From: a virus
Lineage: Duplodnaviria > Caudoviricetes
Virus record (IMG/VR): IMGVR_UViG_3300030330_000585
Coordinates: 1-34,768 of that record
Reading direction: 5' to 3' (one strand)
DNA length: 34,768 nt
This document shows, one piece after another, positions 1 to 7,672 of this stretch (position 1 is the stretch's first letter; every line of letters begins with the position of its first letter). A program made the translations under genes and the position numbers. Under the pieces are notes generated by a model, which saw only the letters and a program-made list of their open reading frames with translations, was not told where the DNA came from and did not search any database.

Positions 1-1
1 T

Positions 2-1006
2 GAAACGCATGTGGAGTTAGTTGACGGGGTGCAGTTTGACTGCGGGCTTACGTCGCCGCACTTCGTCACTAACACTGACAAGCATTTAGCAGAGCTAGAT
101 AACCCTTATGTATTAATTGTATCTAGCGAAATACCTAACGTGCGTAAGATACAAAATGTATTAGAGCACGTCATTAAAAAAGGGCGTGCTTTACTTATTA
201 TAGCGCCTGTGGCTTCAGGGGTTAAGTCAGCGCTCATGATGAACAAGGTGAAAGGTAACATCAAAGTCAATATCGTCGACTTACCAGGCTTTGGTCCTAC
301 TAAGCAAGATGCTACTGAAGATTTAGCTATAATGACTGGTGCTACTGTTATTAATGAAGAACTAGGTGATGACTTAGATCTTATAAGTGTAGAGCACCTT
401 GGTGAAGCTGAGTATGCAGTAACTAGTGATAGCTCTACTACTATAACGCTTGAAGATATGACACCAGAGATCGAAGAGCGTGTAGATCAAGTTGTAGGTA
501 AAATAGCTGAAGAGAAAAACGGCTTTATGAAAAAGAAACTTGAAGAACGCTTAGCTATGTTATCAGGTTCTGTAGGTATTATCAAAGTAGGTGCAGCGTC
601 AAAGGTTGAGCTTAAAGAAAAGAAAGACAGAGTTGAAGATGCTATATACGCTACTAAAGCCGCGTTAAAAGAAGGTATAGTACCTGGTGGCGGTTCGGCG
701 CTATGGTGGGCTGCTCAAAAAATTTCTCCCGCTAACGCGGGTGAGGAAGTATTGTTAGAAGCTATCAAAGCTCCTTTCAATACAATACTAGATAACGCAG
801 GCATTACAGGCATAATATGCGATGATCAAGAGTACTGCGGCATCGATGTAATAACTGGTGAGTGCGTAGACATGGTTGAAGCAGGTATTGTAGATCCAGT
901 ACTTGTAACTAAGTCTGCGCTGAAAAACGCTGTATCAGTAGTATCGACTATTATATCAGCTGATTGTGTAATTTCAAACGCTAGAGCAGATGAGAGCAAT
1001 CAATGA
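2..1006 (+). CDS. groEL: Phage-encoded group I chaperonin GroEL (5'-truncated by window)
   Basis: Frame is open from base 2 (ETHVELVDGVQFDCG, compare bacterial EVVEGMQFDRG). It carries PGFG, KLEERLAMLSGSVGIIKVGA, ELKEKKDRVEDA, EGIVPGGG and GIVDP..VTKSALKNAVSV. The GTG at 11 is internal, not the start. There is no GGM tail. Confidence 0.96.
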   Translation, partial: ETHVELVDGVQFDCGLTSPHFVTNTDKHLAELDNPYVLIVSSEIPNVRKIQNVLEHVIKKGRALLIIAPVASGVKSALMMNKVKGNIKVNIVDLPGFGPTKQDATEDLAIMTGATVINEELGDDLDLISVEHLGEAEYAVTSDSSTTITLEDMTPEIEERVDQVVGKIAEEKNGFMKKKLEERLAMLSGSVGIIKVGAASKVELKEKKDRVEDAIYATKAALKEGIVPGGGSALWWAAQKISPANAGEEVLLEAIKAPFNTILDNAGITGIICDDQEYCGIDVITGECVDMVEAGIVDPVLVTKSALKNAVSVVSTIISADCVISNARADESNQ

Positions 1007-1247
1007 TTATATAGTAGTAGACGTAGAGAAAGTAGGTCCTAAGAAAGTTGGAGGCTTACTTCTTACAGAAGAACTAGACGAAACGAATAGGTATGTTAAA
1101 GCTACGATTATCTCTACAGGTAATTTAGTTGAAGGCCTAAAAGATAACGATATTATATATTTCGACAAGCATGCTGGACATGGCATAACCTGGGCAGATA
1201 CAATGTACCATGTAATCCGAGCAAGAGATGTAGTACTCGTAGAGTAA
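990..1247 (+). CDS. groES: Co-chaperonin GroES
   Basis: 85 aa with the Cpn10 pattern: MRAINDYIVV, mobile loop KKVGGLLL, ATIISTG, LKDNDIIYF, YHVIRARDVV. Overlaps the groEL end by 17 nt. Confidence 0.9.
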   Translation: MRAINDYIVVDVEKVGPKKVGGLLLTEELDETNRYVKATIISTGNLVEGLKDNDIIYFDKHAGHGITWADTMYHVIRARDVVLVE

Positions 1248-1255
1248 CTACTTCG

Positions 1256-1279
1256 CTAAACGTGTGATATAGATATTAG
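1256..1279 (+). promoter_or_regulatory. Candidate phage promoter/regulatory motif, copy 1 (CTAAACGTGTGATATAGATATTAG)
   Basis: Intergenic and similar to 23764-23787; both precede gene blocks. Only two copies seen. Confidence 0.35.
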
Positions 1280-1282
1280 ACC

Positions 1283-1317
1283 TAAACCTTAAATCATAAA
1301 CCTTAAACGGTAAATCA
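1283..1317. repeat. Five 7-nt tandem repeats TAAA(C/T)NN
   Basis: TAAACCT TAAATCA TAAACCT TAAACGG TAAATCA, with TAAA at 1283, 1290, 1297, 1304 and 1311. Confidence 0.75.
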
Positions 1318-1348
1318 ATAAATAATTAACAATTAAAAATTTTTAAAC

Positions 1349-1630
1349 ATGAAATTATTACACTTTGTAGTCACAGCTGGCGCTGAAGAATATTTTGTTA
1401 ATGCTGGAGACGTAACTATGGTAACTGTAGGAGATAACGCTTCTGTTAACGTTTTCTTTAAAAACAGCGGTAACGAAGCTGATCATTCAATAGATTGTAC
1501 TACAGCAACAGATAAAGCTGATGAAGTTGCTTCTAGAATATCTCAAGAGATAGCTCAAGGAAACAATGACGTCTTTGTAGTTACAGCTCTTTCTGATGTA
1601 TCTGCAGCAGCATTTAACGCTGGCGCATAA
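1349..1630 (+). CDS. Hypothetical small acidic protein (possibly structural)
   Basis: 93-aa ORF with an AT-rich leader and beta-strand-like composition; no recognisable motif. Confidence 0.75.
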   Translation: MKLLHFVVTAGAEEYFVNAGDVTMVTVGDNASVNVFFKNSGNEADHSIDCTTATDKADEVASRISQEIAQGNNDVFVVTALSDVSAAAFNAGA

Positions 1631-1636
1631 TAATAA

Positions 1637-2077
1637 ATGCGATTAACAGCGCAAGATCTGCGTGATATGAATATCCTTAAGTACTACAGGCTCACGCGTA
1701 AGTGGGCCTGTAAGACTTATGGATTAACTGATGCTGATCTAGAATTACTTATATATCTAGATCACAAGGGCAGATTTACCCGCAACGAATTTATCGAGGG
1801 TGCTTACACATATTCTTGGGATAAGAAAAGGTGGGAGAAACTACGATCAGCTGGCTGGATAGAGGTTTGGCGACATAGAAACAGAACAAGTATTAAGTAC
1901 TCTGTTTATAAGACGTCGTTTAAATGCTCACAGCTAGTTACACGAATATATCGCATACTGCTAGGCGAAGAAGACATGCCGACTTCTGAACGCAGCATCT
2001 TTTACAACAACAAGTCGTATACAGATAAAGTCTATAACAAAGCTATAGATGATATGATACGAGATAAAGACAGATAA
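1637..2077 (+). CDS. Probable winged-helix (MarR-like) DNA-binding protein
   Basis: GLTDADLELLIYL...FTRNEF...WEKLRSAGWIEV...VYKTSFK follows the helix-HTH-wing pattern. Confidence 0.55.
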   Translation: MRLTAQDLRDMNILKYYRLTRKWACKTYGLTDADLELLIYLDHKGRFTRNEFIEGAYTYSWDKKRWEKLRSAGWIEVWRHRNRTSIKYSVYKTSFKCSQLVTRIYRILLGEEDMPTSERSIFYNNKSYTDKVYNKAIDDMIRDKDR

Positions 2078-2078
2078 C

Positions 2079-2579
2079 ATGGCTTTCAAAATGAAACCTA
2101 AAAGTCCTCTTACAAAAAAGTTAGTAGGCAAACAACATAAACTACCTGCAGAATTAAAAGCCGCAATTAAAGCTGCGCCTGAAAAATCTGCTATGAAAAA
2201 AACAACTTACGACGAAGAGACTAATACGTACTATAAAGACGGTAGAGCCCTTAGGCATAACGTGAGAAGTGAAACACGTTATAGTGGCAAGGAAGCAGAA
2301 GCAGCTGAACAACTTGGTAGCGGAAAAGTAGATAGAGCGCATAGAAAACACAAGAGAAAAGCCGGTAAAATGGGAACTGCAAAAGGATTATCTCAAAAAG
2401 CTGTAAGAAGAAGAAACACAAGAAAAGCAGAAAGAGCAAGAAAAGCTAAAGATAGAGCTGAGGAATTAACAGAAAAGCGTTTTGCAAGAACTGAAAAAGT
2501 TGGTCAAGACGCGTATAACACAGTTATAGAAAGGTACAACAAGAAAGCTAAGGATAGAGCAGCTCAAAAAAATAAATAA
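2079..2579 (+). CDS. Highly basic Lys/Arg/Ala-rich protein, possibly a DNA-condensing internal virion protein
   Basis: 166 aa, strongly K/R-rich, starts MAFKMKPKSPLTKK; coupled to the next gene by TAATG. Confidence 0.7.
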   Translation: MAFKMKPKSPLTKKLVGKQHKLPAELKAAIKAAPEKSAMKKTTYDEETNTYYKDGRALRHNVRSETRYSGKEAEAAEQLGSGKVDRAHRKHKRKAGKMGTAKGLSQKAVRRRNTRKAERARKAKDRAEELTEKRFARTEKVGQDAYNTVIERYNKKAKDRAAQKNK

Positions 2580-2929
2580 TGTCTTACAAAATGGGTAAAG
2601 AGCGTAGAAAGATACGCACACCTAAAAACACAAAGATAGTTAGAAAAGACCTTGATCCAGGCATACTAGGCGAAGCTAATATGGACGGAAGCATCTTTAT
2701 AGATAAAGACGTACCAAAAGGCAGCGCGTTAGAGAAAAGAGTTATACGCCACGAAAGCGTACACGCTAAAGAGATGAAGCAAGGCAAAATAGCATATGGT
2801 GATGATTATGTAAGAGATGGTAATAAAACTTACCACAGAAAAGACGGTAAGATTAAATATAACGGCAAGTGGCATGAAGAAGGAAGCAACGTGTTTCCTT
2901 GGGAAAAGAGAGCTAAAAAAGCAGAGTAA
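2579..2929 (+). CDS. Small zincin-like metallopeptidase
   Basis: GEANMDGSIFI strands, HESVH (2750-2764) and distal PWE (2897-2905) as a candidate third zinc ligand. Confidence 0.7.
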   Translation: MSYKMGKERRKIRTPKNTKIVRKDLDPGILGEANMDGSIFIDKDVPKGSALEKRVIRHESVHAKEMKQGKIAYGDDYVRDGNKTYHRKDGKIKYNGKWHEEGSNVFPWEKRAKKAE

Positions 2930-3357
2930 TGAAAAAGATTAAAGAAACAGGCTTAGGCAAGTGGCTAGCTAATAAAGCGCCAAACGTACTTGATGTAGTT
3001 GGTGAGATGCTGCCAGATCAAGGAGCACTAGGCATAGTTAAAAACCTTATTGATAAAGATCCAGACGTAGATACAGAAGCTGGTATGGCTGCTGTAGATG
3101 CTGAGGTTGCTTTTCAAAATAACGTAAGCGAAAGGTGGAAAGCTGATATGGGTAGCGATGTAAAACTAGCTAAGCTTATTAGGCCACTAACGCTTATATG
3201 TTTAATGGGTATGTTCATGCTAACAATGGTTTTTGATAGTGTAGATACATTACCTTTCAATGTTAAAGATTCATATGTAGACTTGCTACAGATACTTATG
3301 CTAACCGCGTTTGGTGCATACTTTGCTGGTAGATCTATAGAAAAAGTAAAAAAATAA
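2929..3357 (+). CDS. Holin, GTA-type 3TM holin-like
   Basis: RWKADMGSD..LAKLIRP followed by two hydrophobic helices and the C-terminal YFAGRSIEKVKK signature. Confidence 0.75.
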   Translation: MKKIKETGLGKWLANKAPNVLDVVGEMLPDQGALGIVKNLIDKDPDVDTEAGMAAVDAEVAFQNNVSERWKADMGSDVKLAKLIRPLTLICLMGMFMLTMVFDSVDTLPFNVKDSYVDLLQILMLTAFGAYFAGRSIEKVKK

Positions 3358-3358
3358 A

Positions 3359-3763
3359 ATGGGAATTAATTCACAAGGAGTTGCATATAATTTTGGGCAA
3401 CTAGGCAGCGGTCACATAAAAGCTACTAACGTAGAGTTATTTGCTCCTACAGGAAAAGTAATAGTAGCAATAACAATGTTAGAAGCTATGAAGTTTACTA
3501 AGTTAATTGCTGACGATTCTTACATAGCTAATGGAAGCGCGACGATAGACGACGGTGTATCTTTTATAGGAACTGGAGCACAGTTTTTAGCAAACGGAGA
3601 AGACGATGACGGTGATACTGTAACTTCAGTACCTATTGCAAACACTGTAGAGTTTCCAGCTGGCTTAACTATTTATGGTAGATGGACAAGTCTTCAGCTA
3701 GTAGATCTTGCAGGTGGCGACGACACGAATACGCATGGTGTAATTGTATATTACGGTCACTAA
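3359..3763 (+). CDS. Hypothetical beta-rich protein, possibly virion decoration
   Basis: 134-aa ORF tightly packed between its neighbours; contains FPAGLTIYGRWT...GVIVYYG. Confidence 0.7.
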   Translation: MGINSQGVAYNFGQLGSGHIKATNVELFAPTGKVIVAITMLEAMKFTKLIADDSYIANGSATIDDGVSFIGTGAQFLANGEDDDGDTVTSVPIANTVEFPAGLTIYGRWTSLQLVDLAGGDDTNTHGVIVYYGH

Positions 3764-4125
3764 TGGCATTAGGTAACGCTAATACTTCAGCTCAGTCTAG
3801 AGGTAAAAATAAGCCTGTAGTAGTAAAGCGTAGAAAAGAAGTTGTATCTGCAAAAGGCTTTCATGCTATAACTGGTTCTATTGAAACCGGCGAAACAACA
3901 CATAGCGCAAGCTGTGGTACGTCAGAAGCGGTTAATCAAACTTATTATCATAACGCCGGTTCAGCTGGTGGTTATAGAGGTGGTACAACTTTTTACACTA
4001 GAGCTAGAGAAAACGATAGATATAAGTTAGCCAATGGGTACTACAAGGTAACTCATGACGGCTCTACATTTAAAAGTATACAAATAGTTAGTGGTAGAGT
4101 ATCTAGCATGGCTACTTGTAGATAA
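3763..4125 (+). CDS. Hypothetical protein (G/S/T/Y-rich)
   Basis: Start moved from 3682 to the ATG at 3763 (MALGNANTS), which overlaps the upstream TAA as TAATG. Confidence 0.7.
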   Translation: MALGNANTSAQSRGKNKPVVVKRRKEVVSAKGFHAITGSIETGETTHSASCGTSEAVNQTYYHNAGSAGGYRGGTTFYTRARENDRYKLANGYYKVTHDGSTFKSIQIVSGRVSSMATCR

Positions 4126-4153
4126 TAATAAACAATTTTAATTTAATTTAATT

Positions 4154-4435
4154 ATGGGAAAAAAGAAAAAAGAAAAGGTCATTGACCTAAAACCAGAAAA
4201 GATTTCTGAAGAAGAGCTTAAAGAATTGCAAAACGTAGTTGGGGCTATTAATAAGCTGCAGTTTGATATTGGAACTATTGAAGTTCAAAAGCATAATGCA
4301 TTACACGCCTTATTTGAAGGCAACGATAAGTTGAGTAAAATACAATCAAGTTTTAAAGAAAAGTACGGAACTGATGATATTAACATTCAGAGCGGTGCTA
4401 TTAAATACAAAGACGATGAGCCATCTGATTCGTAA
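4154..4435 (+). CDS. Hypothetical coiled-coil protein
   Basis: 93 aa, heptad-like ISEEELKELQNVVGAINKLQFDIG; preceded by a (TTTAA)3 leader. Confidence 0.75.
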   Translation: MGKKKKEKVIDLKPEKISEEELKELQNVVGAINKLQFDIGTIEVQKHNALHALFEGNDKLSKIQSSFKEKYGTDDINIQSGAIKYKDDEPSDS

Positions 4436-4637
4436 GATCACGATCGGTAAAGATTATAAAAATGACGCCATGCATTATTCTGTTGGACAGGAAGTGTATG
4501 GCGGTCATACCATCTGTGATATTTTAGAAGAAACTGAAAAGTACTCTATATACATTAGAAAAGATAAAGCTGTTATTCCGTGGAAGGACTTTAACAAGAA
4601 TATGGCTATATCTGTAGAGTATAATTTAGAGTACTAA
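4416..4637 (+). CDS. Hypothetical phage protein
   Basis: Likely start is the ATG at 4416 (MSHLIRKITIGKDYKNDAMHYSVGQ); TAATG-coupled to the next gene. Confidence 0.75.
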   Translation: MSHLIRKITIGKDYKNDAMHYSVGQEVYGGHTICDILEETEKYSIYIRKDKAVIPWKDFNKNMAISVEYNLEY

Positions 4638-5227
4638 TGCAGGCATTATACAACTTTATTGTAGAGCCTATTGGAGAGCGATACGACAACACTACTAAAG
4701 TTGGAGACAAAGAGTTAATACTTAATACAGACGTGTCAGATCACTCACACGTTAATAGGTTAGCTAAGGTTATATCTGTACCGAGGTTTACTAACTACGA
4801 TATAAAAGAAGGTGATACAGTCATCGTTCATTTCAACGTGTTTAGACGCTGGTATGACGTAAAAGGCCGTGAGCGCAATAGTAGATCGTACTACGAAGAA
4901 AATAGATACTTTGTAAATTACGATCAGATATTTTTGTATAAGCGTGACAAAGAGTGGATATGCCCACAAGGTTATTGCTTTGTACAACCTATTAAGGACA
5001 ATAGCAAACTAAGTGTTGAAACTGAAAAACCCTTAGTTGGTATTGTAAAACATACTGATGGCAGAGCAGAGCTAAACTCTCTTATAGGTTTTAGACCTAA
5101 TATAGAGTGTGAGTTCGTAATTGATGGTAAACGTTTATATCGCATACCATCTCAATTTATTACAATTAAATATGAATATCAAGGAGACGAAGAAGAGTAT
5201 AATCCAAGCTGGGCAGATAGCTGTTAA
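4637..5227 (+). CDS. GroES-like protein with apparently two tandem Cpn10-like domains
   Basis: N-half: FIVEP...KELIL...AKVISVP..IKEGDTVIVH...YFVNYDQIF. C-half: YCFVQPI...LVGIVKH...LIGFRP...FVIDGKRLYRI. Confidence 0.6.
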   Translation: MQALYNFIVEPIGERYDNTTKVGDKELILNTDVSDHSHVNRLAKVISVPRFTNYDIKEGDTVIVHFNVFRRWYDVKGRERNSRSYYEENRYFVNYDQIFLYKRDKEWICPQGYCFVQPIKDNSKLSVETEKPLVGIVKHTDGRAELNSLIGFRPNIECEFVIDGKRLYRIPSQFITIKYEYQGDEEEYNPSWADSC

Positions 5228-5450
5228 CGAGCTTATCAAAGTAGCAGAAGAAAAGATCATCACTAATACTGAAGATGACGTATCTGCTGATAGGCTTAAG
5301 AACGCGGCTGCCACAAAGAAGCTTGCTATATTCGATGCTTTCGAGATATTAGCTAGAATCCAAGAAGAACAGAACTTACTAGACGGTAAGTCTCCAGAAG
5401 AAAAGAAAGAGCGTGTCTTCAAGGGTTTTGCTGAAGGTAGATCAAAGTAA
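5172..5450 (+). CDS. Probable terminase small subunit (positional call)
   Basis: Helical 92-aa protein (likely start MNIKETKK at 5172), TAATG-coupled to TerL. Confidence 0.45.
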   Translation: MNIKETKKSIIQAGQIAVNELIKVAEEKIITNTEDDVSADRLKNAAATKKLAIFDAFEILARIQEEQNLLDGKSPEEKKERVFKGFAEGRSK

Positions 5451-7669
5451 TGTACGAGCAAGATCTAGTTAAGGTTGTAGCACCAATTAAGAAAACAACT
5501 ATCACGAGACTTAATCGTGGTAAAAAATGGAAATACGGTTATGATAAAGACCATGATATCGTTGTTATATCAAAGACTGGGCAAATCGGAGAAATCCTAG
5601 AAATCCAAGGGCTGCAAATCGCATTGCCGCGCGTGCCAACCTCTAATGTGTTTAAACATAAAAAAGACAAGTGGGTAAGAGCTGAATACCCAAAAGAGCT
5701 TAGCCGTATAAAAAATATATTCGACTGGAGAGATTATCCAGACGAACAAAAAGAAAAGTGGTACGACTATATTGACGAAGAGTTCAAGCGTAGAGACGAA
5801 GGATTCTGGTTTACTAACAAAGGCGTATCAACATACATAACAGGTGCACACTACATGTACCTGCAATGGAGCAAGATTGATGTTGGAGCTCCAGACTTTA
5901 GAGAGGCGAACAGACTATTCTTTATATTCTGGGAAGCTTGTAAAGCTGACAAGAGATGCTATGGGATGTGCTACCTTAAAAACCGTCGTTCAGGTTTCTC
6001 GTTTATGTCATCAGCTGAGACAGTTAACTTAGCCACTATATCGAGTGATAGTAGATATGGGATACTCTCTAAGTCTGGAGCCGATGCAAAGAAAATGTTT
6101 ACTGATAAGGTTGTACCTATATCTTTAAACTACCCTTTCTTTTTCAAGCCAATACAAGACGGTATGGATCGTCCAAAGTCTGAGCTTGCGTATAGAGTTC
6201 CGGCGAGTAAGTTTACTCGTAAGAAAATACAGAGCAACGAACAGCTTGAAGAGATAGTGGGTCTTGATACTACAATTGACTGGAAAAATACTGGCGACAA
6301 TAGCTACGACGGTGAAAAGCTAAGTCTGCTAGTACACGATGAAAGTGGTAAGTGGGAGAGACCTGACAACATATTAAACAACTGGCGAGTTACTAAGACT
6401 TGTTTAAGATTAGGTAGTAAAATCGTCGGTAAGTGCATGATGGGTAGTACTAGCAATGCACTTGATAAAGGTGGAGATAACTTTAAAAAACTATACAATG
6501 ATTCTGACGTCACACGACGAAATCGTAATGGACAAACGAAGTCTGGCCTTTATTCTCTCTTTATCCCAATGGAATGGAACTATGAAGGATTTATTGACGA
6601 ATACGGACTTCCAGTCTTTGATAGTAGAAGTGATGATGTACGATATGGACCGGACGGTGAATTAATAGATGTAGGCGTTGTTGATCATTGGGAAAACGAA
6701 GCTGATGGCTTACGTGATGATCAAGACGCGTTAAACGAATTTTACAGACAGTTTCCTCGCACTGAAGAACATGCGTTCAGAGACGAGACAAAGAATAGCA
6801 TATTTAATTTAATTAAGATCTACGAGCAGATCGATTTTAACGAAGGTAGTAGATACAACGCTCACGTTACTCGAGGAAGCTTTGGGTGGGTTAATGGTGT
6901 TAAAGATACACAAGTAGTGTTTCACCCAGATCCAAACGGTAGATTTAGTGTTAGCTGGGTGCCGCCTGCTAGCTTACAAAATAGGCAAATTATAAAAAAT
7001 GGAATTAAATACCCAGGTAATGATCATGTTGGCGCCTTTGGTTGTGATAGTTATGATATCAGTGGTACGGTTGACGGCCGCGGTTCTAAGGGCGCTTTAC
7101 ACGGACTTACGAAATTTTCTATGGAAGAAGCGCCGTCGAGTACTTTCTTCTTAGAGTACATAGCAAGACCACAAACCGCAGAGATGTTCTTTGAAGACGT
7201 TTTAATGGCTTTAGTGTTTTACGGCATGCCATTACTTGCAGAGAACAACAAACCTAGATTACTGTATTATCTAAGACGCAGAGGCTATAGAGGTTACAGC
7301 ATGAACAGACCAGACAAGTCTTGGAAAAAATTATCAACAGCTGAAAAAGAAGTTGGTGGTATACCAAACTCAAGTGAAGATATAAAGCAGGCTCATGCTG
7401 CAGCTATTGAAATGTATATCAATGATCACGTAGGTCACAAAGGTGATGGTGAGTACGGTACAATGTATTTTAACGATACTTTGCTAGACTGGTCTAAGTT
7501 TGATATAAACCGTAGAACAAAGCATGATGCTTCAATAAGCTCTGGTTTAGCTATCATGGCTTGCAACAAAAACCTATACGCACCTAACCCTAACAGAGAT
7601 AAAAGACCATTAAATTTAACTATATCAAAATACGATAACAAAGGATACACATCCCAAATAATAAAGTAA
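5450..7669 (+). CDS. terL: Terminase large subunit
   Basis: Walker A-like LKNRRSGFS, Walker B LLVHDESGKW, coupling motif MGST, and RNase H-like nuclease motifs FGCDSYD, LAENN and HDASISSGLA. Confidence 0.93.
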   Translation: MYEQDLVKVVAPIKKTTITRLNRGKKWKYGYDKDHDIVVISKTGQIGEILEIQGLQIALPRVPTSNVFKHKKDKWVRAEYPKELSRIKNIFDWRDYPDEQKEKWYDYIDEEFKRRDEGFWFTNKGVSTYITGAHYMYLQWSKIDVGAPDFREANRLFFIFWEACKADKRCYGMCYLKNRRSGFSFMSSAETVNLATISSDSRYGILSKSGADAKKMFTDKVVPISLNYPFFFKPIQDGMDRPKSELAYRVPASKFTRKKIQSNEQLEEIVGLDTTIDWKNTGDNSYDGEKLSLLVHDESGKWERPDNILNNWRVTKTCLRLGSKIVGKCMMGSTSNALDKGGDNFKKLYNDSDVTRRNRNGQTKSGLYSLFIPMEWNYEGFIDEYGLPVFDSRSDDVRYGPDGELIDVGVVDHWENEADGLRDDQDALNEFYRQFPRTEEHAFRDETKNSIFNLIKIYEQIDFNEGSRYNAHVTRGSFGWVNGVKDTQVVFHPDPNGRFSVSWVPPASLQNRQIIKNGIKYPGNDHVGAFGCDSYDISGTVDGRGSKGALHGLTKFSMEEAPSSTFFLEYIARPQTAEMFFEDVLMALVFYGMPLLAENNKPRLLYYLRRRGYRGYSMNRPDKSWKKLSTAEKEVGGIPNSSEDIKQAHAAAIEMYINDHVGHKGDGEYGTMYFNDTLLDWSKFDINRRTKHDASISSGLAIMACNKNLYAPNPNRDKRPLNLTISKYDNKGYTSQIIK

Positions 7670-7672
7670 AGC

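Noticed and set aside
1283-1317. Possible mini-CRISPR array
   Set aside because: Units are 7 nt with no spacers, and no cas genes are present.
3682-5171. Track starts at 3682, 4374 and 5121
   Set aside because: They create long overlaps with upstream genes; the downstream ATGs at 3763, 4416 and 5172 fit better.
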